NCBI GenBank assembly: GCA_964390595.1
Contig: CAYMIA010000006.1
Span: forward strand, 1 to 61,646
Direction: 5' to 3'
Source: an uncultured Gammaproteobacteria bacterium
GTDB lineage: Bacteria; Patescibacteriota; Microgenomatia; Daviesbacterales; UBA10151
Length of the DNA stretch: 61,646 bases
Part shown: positions 1 through 9,533 of the stretch, piece after piece
Numbering within the stretch: position 1 is the stretch's first letter
Layout: each line of letters starts with the position of its first letter
The notes under the pieces: model-generated
What the model was told of the DNA's origin: nothing
Database searches by the model: none
Seen by the model: only the letters and a program-made list of their open reading frames with translations
Made by a program: the position numbers and the translations under genes

Positions 1-3000
1 ATTACGCTTTCTCCTTTAAACGGTAGCGGTACAACTACTAACACTGGAACATTTGCTCTTCTCAATACTAACGCCACCACAATCAACGCCTTTGGGGCAG
101 CTACGGCCTTAAACCTTGGCTCTGCCTCTGACTTAACTGTCACTTTTGGTGATGATGTGACATTTGCTCAGGCTCATAATAAAGATATCACTATTCAATC
201 CAGCCTCTCAGGGGGAGGCAGAACCACTTATCCTCTAACTATCACTCAAGGGAATGATGGCGGCAATAATAACAGCGTTGGTTTACTCAATTTAGTCAAC
301 TCAGATACCGGGTCAACTGCGTCACTATTGAATATTCAACCTTCAGTTGGAGGTTCAGCCATTAATATTGTCACTGGCCTAAGTAATGTGACGGGTATCG
401 TCATCCCTTCCTATGCCTTAACTACCGGCCGGAGTATTCAGATTGGCGCTGATGATGCCACTGTGATCTCCCAAGCTGGCCCAGTTAATTTTAGCGGTAA
501 CTTAATTGAAGTTAGCCCAAACCGCCAATATAACGGAGCAGGTACAAGTACTGAGTCAGGACATTTCCTCGATTTAAATAGATACATAGGTACTGCTGAT
601 CCGTCTACTACCGTTAACATTACCGGCTCATTAGCCTCCCTAACCTCCAACTGTGATGTTTCTGCTGGTACTTGTAATGATTCCTCAAATATTCTTAGCC
701 TAACCCAAAGCTATGCTAACGCCACAGGTGCTGTCTTAGGTATCTCTAACTCTGGTACTGGCAAAGATATCTTAGGTACCTCCTCAACTTGGAGCGTTGA
801 TAAAGCTGGTGCAGCTGTCTTTGCTGGGGTAAATTCAGGTTCAGGATTACTTCAAGGCACCGGGGGATTGACTTTAACTGGGACGACTTCTATTAATACC
901 TCAGGTTCATCAAACACTGATATTGGAACTGGTTCATCATCTGGCACCATTACCATTGGTCGAACCTCAAATACTGATTTAGCTCTAGCTGATGCTCAAT
1001 GGAACATCACTGGACTTGGTGCCGCTAACTTTGCCTCAATTGGTGCTGGAACTAGGGGAACAGGCGCCTTTACTACTCTGGCAGCTAATTCAACTGTCAC
1101 TTTTTCAGGTATTGGTTCCTCAGGTACAACTGCTCTTTGTCTGAACGGCAGCAACGTTGAAACCTGTTCTTCTGGTTCCTCTGCTGCAACTCTTCAATCT
1201 GCTTATACCAATGGTCAAACTATTGAAACTAATAACACTAACCCAATCCTGTTTACTGAAACCTCAGCCGCAGCTGTCTCAGCTGATCTGCTGCAACTAA
1301 CTGTCAACCAAGCTGCAGGTGGCAGCTTCTCAGGTGATGGTTTGCAGATAACTCAGACTGGCGCAGACAACGATGCGTTTACAGGTAACGGTCTGCACAT
1401 GATCGTCAACCAGGCCAAAAATACCGGTAATCTGATATTAGCTGAAACCTCAGGTGCAACGCCCCTGTTTAAGTTAGATGAAAATGGAGTAGTCTCGTTG
1501 CAGGGAGCTCAAACAGTTGACATCACCTCAGCTGTGGCTGGTAACTCCTTAACTTTGAAACCCTCAGACCTTGGCACAACCAATGGTACAGGCGGAGCAG
1601 CAGCAATCAAAGGTGGGGATGAAACTTCAACTTCTTGTGGCACAGCTTGTACCGGTGGAGCGCTAACTTTATTAGCTGGTTCAGCAACTGGAGGCTCCGG
1701 TACAACCCGGAATGGGGGAGCAGTCAGCATCAATGCCGGCACAGGCGCTACGAATAACGGCTCAATCAATATCGGCAACACCACAGCTAAAGCGATCGCC
1801 CTAGGAAATGGTACAGACAATACCACACTAACACTTACAGGATCAGGTTTAACTACCTTAGGCGGCTCATTAACTGTCTCAGGCACCTCTCTCCTCGCCA
1901 CAGCTGCCACCACCATTACCCTTGGTAGCTCAGGTGCGGATACAATCATTCTTGGTAACGCTGGCGCAGACACTATTACCATTGGTAACGCCGCCTCAAC
2001 TGGCGTTTCTATAACCGACGACAACTGGAGCATCGGAACTGGCGGAGCAGCTGTCTTTGTTGGAGTCAATTCAGGCTCTGGATTAATCCAAGGTACAGGT
2101 GGATTAACTATTACCGGCGCAATTGCCTCTCTCAACGCTTCCTCTAACTTCGCCACTAATATTAATACTGGCAACTCCACTGGCACAGTTACAATTGGTG
2201 GGACAGCCGGTAACACCATCAATATTGGCAGCGACAATACTACCGCCGACACCATTGCTCTTGGTTCTGCCCTTGATTCTCTGACCATCACTTCTTCTCA
2301 CTTTGTGGCTGCTTCAACCGGTGCATTATCCGGCATCACCACTATTGGACTCTCCGGTGCAATCACCGGTGCAACCGCTACCAACACTATCAACGGTCTA
2401 ATTATTAATGGTTCAACTCAAACCTTAACTGCCAATAATATCGCTGACTCAGGTGCCCTCACTATCAAGTCAGCTGCTGGTGCCAATGCCCTCACTCTTG
2501 ATTCTGGAACAACTGGCGATGTTAATTTGGGCACGAGCGGGGCCAAGGCTATCAGTATCGGCAATGCCACTGCCTCAACCACAGTTACCTTGACTACTGG
2601 AGTTGCCGGAACTAATGCGGCAGGCATTAAGCTAGATGCCAATACCTCCACCACTAACACCAGTGGAGGGGTTCTTGTAACCGCCACAGGAATTACCAGT
2701 GGTGTTGGCTTGCAGATTACCGGTGGTTCCAGCTTGGGTAATGGTGGCAAGTTAATTAATATCTCTGGTGCCTCTTATAACCTGGCAACAGATACCAACT
2801 CAGGCTCAGTAGGTAATTTAAGTTTCTCTGATGTCTCTTCTAACTCATCAGGCACAACTACAGTCTCTGGTTTAACTATCACCCCAACCTACAATGTGAC
2901 TGGTGGTGGGACCAAGGTTATGACAGATATTAACTTAGCTGGAGTTGTCACCAATACCTGTGGAGCAGGAACATGTAATAAATATGGCCTCTATTTCTCA

Positions 3001-6000
3001 GGTACAGGCTACACCCAAGATCTCTTTTTGCAGAACGGTGAAACCATTGATAACGCCACAGATGGCACAATTTTACTGACTGCTACCACCACTAAAACTT
3101 CTGGCAACTTAACAGTGGGCACCTCTGGAACTGGCACGATCACCTCTGGAGCTGTTAACGGTATCACTATTGCTTCTACTACTACTCCAGTTGCAGCCGG
3201 AGCTTTCACTATTCAAAGCAACGGTGCAAACACCATGACAGTTGACACTGGTTCAGCTGCTACCCTAACTCTAGGTGCAGTGGCCACGACAGTTAATTTA
3301 GGAACCTCCAACACTGCCTCAACTCTTAATATTGGTACAGGGACAGGTGGAGACACGATTCACATTGGTGACAACGATACAACTGCAGACACAATCACTT
3401 TAGGATCAGCCAAAGACTCTCTGACACTTAGAGGTACGACCTTAACAATTGGCAACGCTGCTGATACAGGCGTCTCTATTACCGACAACAACTGGTCAGT
3501 CAGCACTGCTGGCGCTGCTGTTTTTGTTGGAGTTGATTCAGGTTCTGGTTTGCTCCAGGGCACTGGTGGTCTAACCCTAACAGGCACAACTGCCATCAAT
3601 ACCTCTGGCTCCTCAGCTATTAGTATTGGTACCAGTACTTACTCTGGAACCCTAACTTTGGGTGGGGGATCAGAGACTTTGAAACTCAACGTTGGCACTG
3701 ATGCTACAGGTGATATTTATTACCGCAACTCCTCAGGCAATCTAGTCAACCTAGCAGTTGGCACAGGTAGTCAGTGTCTGATCGGGGGAACTATCCCAGC
3801 CTGGGGTTCCTGTTCTGCCGCTGGTACCCTTTGGAGCACAATCGGTGATCCAGCAGGCAATAAAACCTTTACTATGGCGGCTAACACCACTACTATGAAC
3901 TGGACCTCAACTGGAGCGCTAGATGCTTGGAAAGTTAACTTGAATAATAACTCAACTTCCTCAACAACTCAGGATGCTTTTGTTATTAATAACGCGGCAG
4001 TAGGAAGCTTTACTGATACTACTACCGAAAACCTATTACTGGTTCAGCAACTCGATACTACTACCGCTGGAACTACAGTGGTCACAAATGGCATTAAAGT
4101 TGATGTCGCAGCTAATGCCGGTATGACCAACGGTATTCAGATCACCAATTCAGCCGGCAATCTGACAGATGGGTTATTAATTGCCGATACAGCCGGTGGT
4201 ACTTTAACTGAAGGTCTGGAGTTTACAGGTACCTTTACAGATTACATCAAAGCCGCCAACTTTAACGTTTCCAACGCCGGAGCAATCACAGCAGCCACAA
4301 CTACCAACACTATCAACAGTTTAATCATCAATGGTTCAACTCAAACCTTAACTGCCAACAACATCGCTGACGCAGGCGCCTTAACTATTAAATCAGCTTC
4401 TGGTTCGAACTTAACTCTAGATTCAAATGGTGGAACCTCAACCGTTAACTTGGGTAATACTAACGCCACCACTATTCAAATTGGTAATAACACCACCAAT
4501 CCGGCAGTTACTATTGATTCAGGAACTGGTACTATTAGTATCGGCACTGGCGCTAACACCAAAACAATTACTATTGGGTCAACCAATGGTGACACTATCA
4601 ACATTGGTAGCGGTGCCACCAACGCCAAAACAATCAATATTGGAGCCACCAATAACATCGCCAACGCTATTCACATCGGAGATGCTGGTGTTAATCCAAA
4701 AGTTATTTTCTTCTCTAGAACAGCTGCTCCAGGCGCAGAGTTTGATACCAACGGTCAATTTGGTGGAGGTGCAGTTGGTACAGTTGCCACCTCAGGCCGG
4801 CTTTGGTTTAGATCCAACAACTCCAACTGGCGGTACAACGCTACTGCTAACTCAGCTGACTATTCAGAATACCTTCAGCAAGAAGAAACCTCTGAACCAG
4901 GAGATGTCATGGTCATGTCTGATTCCAATTATGAAACAGTTAAAAGATCTAATACTCCTTATGATCAGCACGTCTTAGGTGTTATTACCCAGTATGGAAC
5001 AGGCAATAACTCTGATGAATCCTGCGCTGATAATCCTAGTTGTGGTACGGGCAACAATCCTCACTGGACCAACGTCGGTATGCTTGGTCAAGTTTATACC
5101 AAGGTCTCAACTGAAAATGGCTCAATCCAACCAGGTGACCCAATCACTAGTTCATCAGCCCGGGGTATTGGTATGAAAGCGACTAATACCGGCCGGATCA
5201 TTGGCTACGCGCTGGATTACTTCGATGGCAGCAAATCAGGTCAAGATCTCTGGAGTCTGCCAACTGCTCCAACTTGGGATGAGACAGTTCAAAGCCCGGG
5301 GGGCTCTCCCCGTCAAGTCAAAGCAGGTAAGATCTTGATTTTGCTGCAAGCTAGTTGGTATGAGCCTGATGCACCACCCGCTGATATCTCCCAAGTCAGC
5401 TTTGTTGATCCAACCAGTCAAAGAGATGGAGTCCCGGTTTATGGCCTCAAAAACAACCTGACTGGTGCCGATATCACCTCTCAGCTGGTCAAAAAAGATG
5501 CTGCTATCGCCAATCTAACCACCGGCGTGCTTTCAACCAAGCAACTATTTGTTGATGGCATTCAAATTAATGGTGCTTCTAAGCTCGCTGGAGACGTTGA
5601 TCTCAGCACTATCAAACCATCTTCAGGTTCAGTCAGCATTGAACTCGCTTCAGAAAACGGCCAATTGACCGTTAAGGGCACCAATAAAGAAGCCGTTTTC
5701 TCAGTTGATTCCTTAGGAAACGCCATCTTAAAAGGCACTCTAACTGCTGAAAAGATCAAAGCTAACCAGATTGAAGGTTTGGAGCTATTAATATCTAAAA
5801 TTAATGGCCAAGAAGCTAGCAATTCAGCTCAGCCATTAGTCACCCAGGCCACCCCATCTGCTAACTTAGCTGGCCTTAATGCCTCAGGTCCAGCGACCGT
5901 CTCTGGACAGCTCCAAGCAGCTGGTCTAACGATCACTGGCAACAGTATCTTAAATGGTATGCTCCAAGTTCTAGAGGTAGTCACCACCAGAAACTTAATT

Positions 6001-6777
6001 GTGACTGATCTGGCCAAATTCTTATCTGATGTGATTTTCAAAGGCGATGTTATATTTGAGGGCCGGACGACCTTTAACAACGACACAGCTGGATCCGCAA
6101 TAGTCAAAAAAGATGCCGACACAGTTGAGGTCAAATTTGATAAAGAATACGCTCAAACACCTTTGGTTAATATCTCAATCACCCTCGATGACAACCTAAC
6201 TGACCAAGAAAAAGCTCTACTTTCACCAGCAGATCTACAGCTTAAAGAGGCTGCCCAATCTACTCTAGAGCAATCAGTTCTGAATGGGGATATCCGCTAT
6301 ATAGTCACCAGAAGAACCACCAAAGGCTTTATTATCAAACTTAATAAGCCAGCCTCAGATGATCTTAAGTTCTCATGGAGCGCCCTAGCGGTTAAAGATG
6401 CCAAAACTGCTCAAAGCACCTCTCAATCAGTTTTGGCCGCTCAAGCTACTCCAACTCCCAGCCCCAGCGTTAATTCGCCAGCTCCTGCCACCCCTGCCCC
6501 TACACCTGTAGCTACACCAACTCCGGCACCTATTATTACCCCAAGCCCAACTCCTCAAGCGGGCGCCCAAACTCTGACCGTTAACCAAAATGAACTGGGT
6601 TTCCTCCGGGTCAGGGAACAGCCCTCAACCTCCTCAGATGAAATTGGTCAAGTCAAACCAGGCCAGACCTTCAATATTCTAGACTCTCAAACTGCTGGAG
6701 GAGTCACCTGGTACAAAATCGGATTCGCCGCCAACCTAGCAGGCTGGGTGAGCGGGGAGTATGTCACATTAAAATGA
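1..6777 (+). CDS. Giant Thr/Ser/Gly/Asn-rich surface fibre/adhesin-like protein, 5'-truncated by the window edge; C-terminal Pro/Thr linker plus SH3b-like domain
   Basis: ORF track 157..6777 starts at an internal GTG. The same frame is open from nt 1 (ITLSPLNGSGTTTNTG...), so the gene continues upstream. Repeated motif W[SN][VI]xxxGAAxFxGVxSGSGL[LI]QGTGGLT[LI]TG. PT-rich linker (PTPSPSVNSPAPATPAPTPVATPTPAPIITPSPTP). C-terminal GFLRVREQPSTSSDEIGQVKPGQTF...WYKI...GWVSGEYV looks like a bacterial SH3 domain. Confidence 0.85.
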   Translation: MTLSPLNGSGTTTNTGTFALLNTNATTINAFGAATALNLGSASDLTVTFGDDVTFAQAHNKDITIQSSLSGGGRTTYPLTITQGNDGGNNNSVGLLNLVNSDTGSTASLLNIQPSVGGSAINIVTGLSNVTGIVIPSYALTTGRSIQIGADDATVISQAGPVNFSGNLIEVSPNRQYNGAGTSTESGHFLDLNRYIGTADPSTTVNITGSLASLTSNCDVSAGTCNDSSNILSLTQSYANATGAVLGISNSGTGKDILGTSSTWSVDKAGAAVFAGVNSGSGLLQGTGGLTLTGTTSINTSGSSNTDIGTGSSSGTITIGRTSNTDLALADAQWNITGLGAANFASIGAGTRGTGAFTTLAANSTVTFSGIGSSGTTALCLNGSNVETCSSGSSAATLQSAYTNGQTIETNNTNPILFTETSAAAVSADLLQLTVNQAAGGSFSGDGLQITQTGADNDAFTGNGLHMIVNQAKNTGNLILAETSGATPLFKLDENGVVSLQGAQTVDITSAVAGNSLTLKPSDLGTTNGTGGAAAIKGGDETSTSCGTACTGGALTLLAGSATGGSGTTRNGGAVSINAGTGATNNGSINIGNTTAKAIALGNGTDNTTLTLTGSGLTTLGGSLTVSGTSLLATAATTITLGSSGADTIILGNAGADTITIGNAASTGVSITDDNWSIGTGGAAVFVGVNSGSGLIQGTGGLTITGAIASLNASSNFATNINTGNSTGTVTIGGTAGNTINIGSDNTTADTIALGSALDSLTITSSHFVAASTGALSGITTIGLSGAITGATATNTINGLIINGSTQTLTANNIADSGALTIKSAAGANALTLDSGTTGDVNLGTSGAKAISIGNATASTTVTLTTGVAGTNAAGIKLDANTSTTNTSGGVLVTATGITSGVGLQITGGSSLGNGGKLINISGASYNLATDTNSGSVGNLSFSDVSSNSSGTTTVSGLTITPTYNVTGGGTKVMTDINLAGVVTNTCGAGTCNKYGLYFSGTGYTQDLFLQNGETIDNATDGTILLTATTTKTSGNLTVGTSGTGTITSGAVNGITIASTTTPVAAGAFTIQSNGANTMTVDTGSAATLTLGAVATTVNLGTSNTASTLNIGTGTGGDTIHIGDNDTTADTITLGSAKDSLTLRGTTLTIGNAADTGVSITDNNWSVSTAGAAVFVGVDSGSGLLQGTGGLTLTGTTAINTSGSSAISIGTSTYSGTLTLGGGSETLKLNVGTDATGDIYYRNSSGNLVNLAVGTGSQCLIGGTIPAWGSCSAAGTLWSTIGDPAGNKTFTMAANTTTMNWTSTGALDAWKVNLNNNSTSSTTQDAFVINNAAVGSFTDTTTENLLLVQQLDTTTAGTTVVTNGIKVDVAANAGMTNGIQITNSAGNLTDGLLIADTAGGTLTEGLEFTGTFTDYIKAANFNVSNAGAITAATTTNTINSLIINGSTQTLTANNIADAGALTIKSASGSNLTLDSNGGTSTVNLGNTNATTIQIGNNTTNPAVTIDSGTGTISIGTGANTKTITIGSTNGDTINIGSGATNAKTINIGATNNIANAIHIGDAGVNPKVIFFSRTAAPGAEFDTNGQFGGGAVGTVATSGRLWFRSNNSNWRYNATANSADYSEYLQQEETSEPGDVMVMSDSNYETVKRSNTPYDQHVLGVITQYGTGNNSDESCADNPSCGTGNNPHWTNVGMLGQVYTKVSTENGSIQPGDPITSSSARGIGMKATNTGRIIGYALDYFDGSKSGQDLWSLPTAPTWDETVQSPGGSPRQVKAGKILILLQASWYEPDAPPADISQVSFVDPTSQRDGVPVYGLKNNLTGADITSQLVKKDAAIANLTTGVLSTKQLFVDGIQINGASKLAGDVDLSTIKPSSGSVSIELASENGQLTVKGTNKEAVFSVDSLGNAILKGTLTAEKIKANQIEGLELLISKINGQEASNSAQPLVTQATPSANLAGLNASGPATVSGQLQAAGLTITGNSILNGMLQVLEVVTTRNLIVTDLAKFLSDVIFKGDVIFEGRTTFNNDTAGSAIVKKDADTVEVKFDKEYAQTPLVNISITLDDNLTDQEKALLSPADLQLKEAAQSTLEQSVLNGDIRYIVTRRTTKGFIIKLNKPASDDLKFSWSALAVKDAKTAQSTSQSVLAAQATPTPSPSVNSPAPATPAPTPVATPTPAPIITPSPTPQAGAQTLTVNQNELGFLRVREQPSTSSDEIGQVKPGQTFNILDSQTAGGVTWYKIGFAANLAGWVSGEYVTLK

Positions 6778-6783
6778 ACCAGC

Positions 6784-6839
6784 TTTGGTAGATAACTAGG
6801 CACAAATTATCTACGTATTGGCTAACCTATGCATAGGTG
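6784..6839 (+). promoter_or_regulatory. Conserved 56-bp upstream element, copy A, containing the perfect 12-bp palindrome CCTATGCATAGG (6826-6837)
   Basis: Hand alignment with the reverse complement of 13339-13394 gives 49/56 identical bases. It lies just upstream of the GT2 gene start. Confidence 0.6.
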
Positions 6840-6876
6840 CCAAGCTCACTGCGATCTGCTACTATTTAAGCGTATT

Positions 6877-7581
6877 ATGAAAAAGTCTGGCCAATTCAAA
6901 GTAATCGTTGTTATGCCAGCTTATAACGCTGAAAAAACTCTGGTTAAAACTTATCAGGATATCCCCAAAGATCAAGTTGATGAAATAATCCTAGTTGATG
7001 ATGGCAGCCATGATCAAACCGTTAAAATCTCTAAAAAACTGGGCATTAAAACCTTCGTTCACCCCCAAAACTTGGGTTATGGTGGTAACCAAAAAACTTG
7101 CTATAAGCAAGCTCTCAAATTAGGCGCGGACATAGTCATCATGGTTCATCCCGATTATCAATATGATGCCAGTTTAATAGCTGATTTAATTGGCCCGATC
7201 AAAGCTCACCAGCTGGATATTATGCTAGGATCCAGGATCAGAACTAGAAGAGAAGCTCTCGCAGGCGGCATGCCAACCTATAAATATCTAGGCAACCGGA
7301 TTTTAACCGAGCTAGAAAATATCTTCCTAGGCTATAATTTGTCTGAATATCACACTGGCTTTAGAGCTTTCAGCGCCGCAGTTTTAAAATCGCTACCTTT
7401 AAATAAGTTTTCCAATGATTTTGTCTTTGATCAACAAATTCTAATCGCCTCAATCAAAAAAAACTTTAAAGTCGGGGAGATTGCTGTTCCTGTCAGGTAT
7501 TTTCCGGATGCTTCTTCGATTAATCTACCCCGTTCCATCAAATATGGAATTGAAACACTAATCGCTCTTATTAACATGTAG
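6877..7581 (+). CDS. Family 2 glycosyltransferase (polyprenyl-phosphate sugar synthase-like)
   Basis: KVIVVMPAYNAEKTL...EIILVDDGSHDQT...GYGGNQK is a typical GT2 N-terminus with a DxD-type DDG motif. Start moved from 6829 to ATG 6877 (MKKSGQF...), because 6829 lies inside the palindrome of the upstream element. Confidence 0.8.
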   Translation: MKKSGQFKVIVVMPAYNAEKTLVKTYQDIPKDQVDEIILVDDGSHDQTVKISKKLGIKTFVHPQNLGYGGNQKTCYKQALKLGADIVIMVHPDYQYDASLIADLIGPIKAHQLDIMLGSRIRTRREALAGGMPTYKYLGNRILTELENIFLGYNLSEYHTGFRAFSAAVLKSLPLNKFSNDFVFDQQILIASIKKNFKVGEIAVPVRYFPDASSINLPRSIKYGIETLIALINM

Positions 7582-7598
7582 TATTATTTAGAATATCC

Positions 7599-9335
7599 AT
7601 GAGAATTAACTTTTTTTGGCAGGGATTGCTAGTCAGTTGCTTATTTGCAGGAGTCTTTCTACACAGCATTATCTTCAATCTAAATCAGCCAATCGCTCTC
7701 TCCTATGTTGGTGACACCTTTCATGTTACCTTAACTCTCAAACACTATTACGCGACACTTTTGAGCGGTCATTTTAACCAAATCCTCGATGTGCCAATGT
7801 TTTATGGATTTTCTAACTCGCTTCTTTTCTCCGAACTTTTTTTAACCCAGGCCATTCTTGGTTTACCTATTTATCTAATCAGTTCAAATATCTTAATCAC
7901 CTTCAATTTGCTAGCAGTTATCACCATGATCTGGTCATTTTTCTCAATGTTTTTACTTGCTCATTTTGTCACCAAAAAATTTCTACCCAGTGTTCTAGCT
8001 GCCCTAATTTATACCTACAACCCGTTTGTTTTAGGGCATTTTCCAGATAACCTTCACTACTACTCGCTGCAATGGATCCCGCTCATTTTTCTGTTTTTTG
8101 AAAGATCACTAAAAGACCACAATCCCAAAAATCTCTTTTTGTTCTTTTTATTCATGACCATCCAACTGCTCTCCAGCCAGACTTTTGGAGCCTTGCTCAC
8201 AGTCATATTGCCAATTTATGCTCTAGTCAGGCTCTATCAAACTAAAACCCCACCCTTAAAATTAATTAACTGGGGGGCAATTTTAGGATTAGTGTTGTTT
8301 CTGCTGGCCACCATCAGCTTTGGCGTACTCTACTCAAGCTACTACTCCAAACAACCAATTGACCGGAGTTTAAATGAAACTAGCTTTTATTCGCCTTGGG
8401 TCTCAGATTTATTTTTTACACCCCCAAATAATTTAATCTATGGAGGTCTGCGCCAAGCTGTTAGCCAGATCTGGCCAGATTTTGTCTTTAGATTTGAAGA
8501 GGTCACTGAGCGCAACCTCTTCTTAGGGATAACTCCCTTCGTGCTTTTGATAATCAGCTTTAAAATCTTCAAAAGCTCTTCAGATAAAAAAGTTTACTGG
8601 CTTTATATCTTGCTAGCGGTCTTTTGTCTCTGGTTAAGTTTAGGACCCTGGATTCATATCAGTTATCAGTTCAGCTTGCCAGGAATATATACTGTTTTTC
8701 ATGCCATCAACCCGCTGCTGCAAGATCTTAGAGTCCCTAGCCGCTTTACCTTTTTTACCTTTCTTTTTCTAGGACTGATCTGCGCGATGGTATTGAGCCA
8801 TATAGATAGCAAATTCAAACCCAGAACAGCCTTGAACTTAAGTCTGCTAATAATCGCTTTGGTAACCCTGGAATATTGGAGTAAGCCTTGGACCATTATT
8901 CCTCAAACCGAAGCTACCAAATCCTTCTACAGCTCTTTAGATAAAAGAGCTGATATTGGGGTAATTTTGGAGCTACCAATGGGTAATCTATTCTCTTCCA
9001 TAGTGACTGCTAAAAGTCAGTTTGTTGACACCAAATATATGCTCTGGGCATCAACTCTGCACTCCAAAAAACTGCTCAATGGCTATTCCAGTTTTACCCC
9101 TCCTCAATATCCAAAAAGAATTGAATATTTAAGTGTTAACTTTCCCACCAGAAATAAACTTCTCACACTCAAGCAATGGGGGGTTGATGGCATAGTTTTA
9201 CATCAGGAAGAGTTTATTGATCCTGATCAATTTGATATGATCAGATCTAAACTCAAGCTATTAGGGGTAAAAGAGGTTCTCTTTGAGAATAATTTAGCAC
9301 TCTTCTCTCTCAAGGACTATTCAGGAGATCTCTAA
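7599..9335 (+). CDS. Polytopic membrane protein, GT-C-like glycosyltransferase candidate (paralog of 15520..17265)
   Basis: About 12 hydrophobic segments followed by a C-terminal soluble part. Shares FNLNQPIALS, PDNLHYYSLQWIPLIFLFFERSLK, LLNGYSSFTPPQY and NFPT..LLTLKQWGVDGIVLH with the 15520 protein. Confidence 0.6.
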   Translation: MRINFFWQGLLVSCLFAGVFLHSIIFNLNQPIALSYVGDTFHVTLTLKHYYATLLSGHFNQILDVPMFYGFSNSLLFSELFLTQAILGLPIYLISSNILITFNLLAVITMIWSFFSMFLLAHFVTKKFLPSVLAALIYTYNPFVLGHFPDNLHYYSLQWIPLIFLFFERSLKDHNPKNLFLFFLFMTIQLLSSQTFGALLTVILPIYALVRLYQTKTPPLKLINWGAILGLVLFLLATISFGVLYSSYYSKQPIDRSLNETSFYSPWVSDLFFTPPNNLIYGGLRQAVSQIWPDFVFRFEEVTERNLFLGITPFVLLIISFKIFKSSSDKKVYWLYILLAVFCLWLSLGPWIHISYQFSLPGIYTVFHAINPLLQDLRVPSRFTFFTFLFLGLICAMVLSHIDSKFKPRTALNLSLLIIALVTLEYWSKPWTIIPQTEATKSFYSSLDKRADIGVILELPMGNLFSSIVTAKSQFVDTKYMLWASTLHSKKLLNGYSSFTPPQYPKRIEYLSVNFPTRNKLLTLKQWGVDGIVLHQEEFIDPDQFDMIRSKLKLLGVKEVLFENNLALFSLKDYSGDL

Positions 9336-9338
9336 AAC

Positions 9339-9533
9339 ATGAATTTTTTAAAATTTATCTCTAAATATTTAGCTAGCCTGCAAGCCAGGCTGTTTTTATC
9401 TTTGATCTTTTTGATAATCTTACCATTATTTAGTCTGATCGCCCGCCTTATCAGCCCCAAAAAACCAAAAAGCGGCTGGGATACTTGGAGCATTAATAGT
9501 GAGTCTATTGATGATCTGCGTCAACAATCTTAA
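9339..9533 (+). CDS. Small membrane protein, translationally coupled to the carbamoyltransferase
   Basis: 64 aa with one hydrophobic helix (LFLSLIFLIILPLFSLIARLI). Its stop overlaps the next start (TAATG). Confidence 0.5.
   Translation: MNFLKFISKYLASLQARLFLSLIFLIILPLFSLIARLISPKKPKSGWDTWSINSESIDDLRQQS

Noticed and set aside
438-6134. Many ORFs antisense to, or in alternative frames of, the first giant gene (e.g. 438-650, 1509-2291, 2418-2750, 3360-3599, 4427-4978, 4979-5176, 5562-5822, 5829-6134)
   Set aside because: They lie entirely inside a long, coherent, repeat-structured ORF. Their translations are low-complexity P/V/A/L strings, as expected from the reverse complement of a T/S/G/N-rich gene. 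No start context is visible.
6829-6876. Upstream start (ATG 6829) for the GT2 gene
   Set aside because: That ATG sits inside the conserved palindrome CCTATGCATAGG. The extra 16 aa (MHRCQAHCDLLLFKRI) are not GT2-like. In the second copy of the element the equivalent ATG opens only an 11-codon frame.
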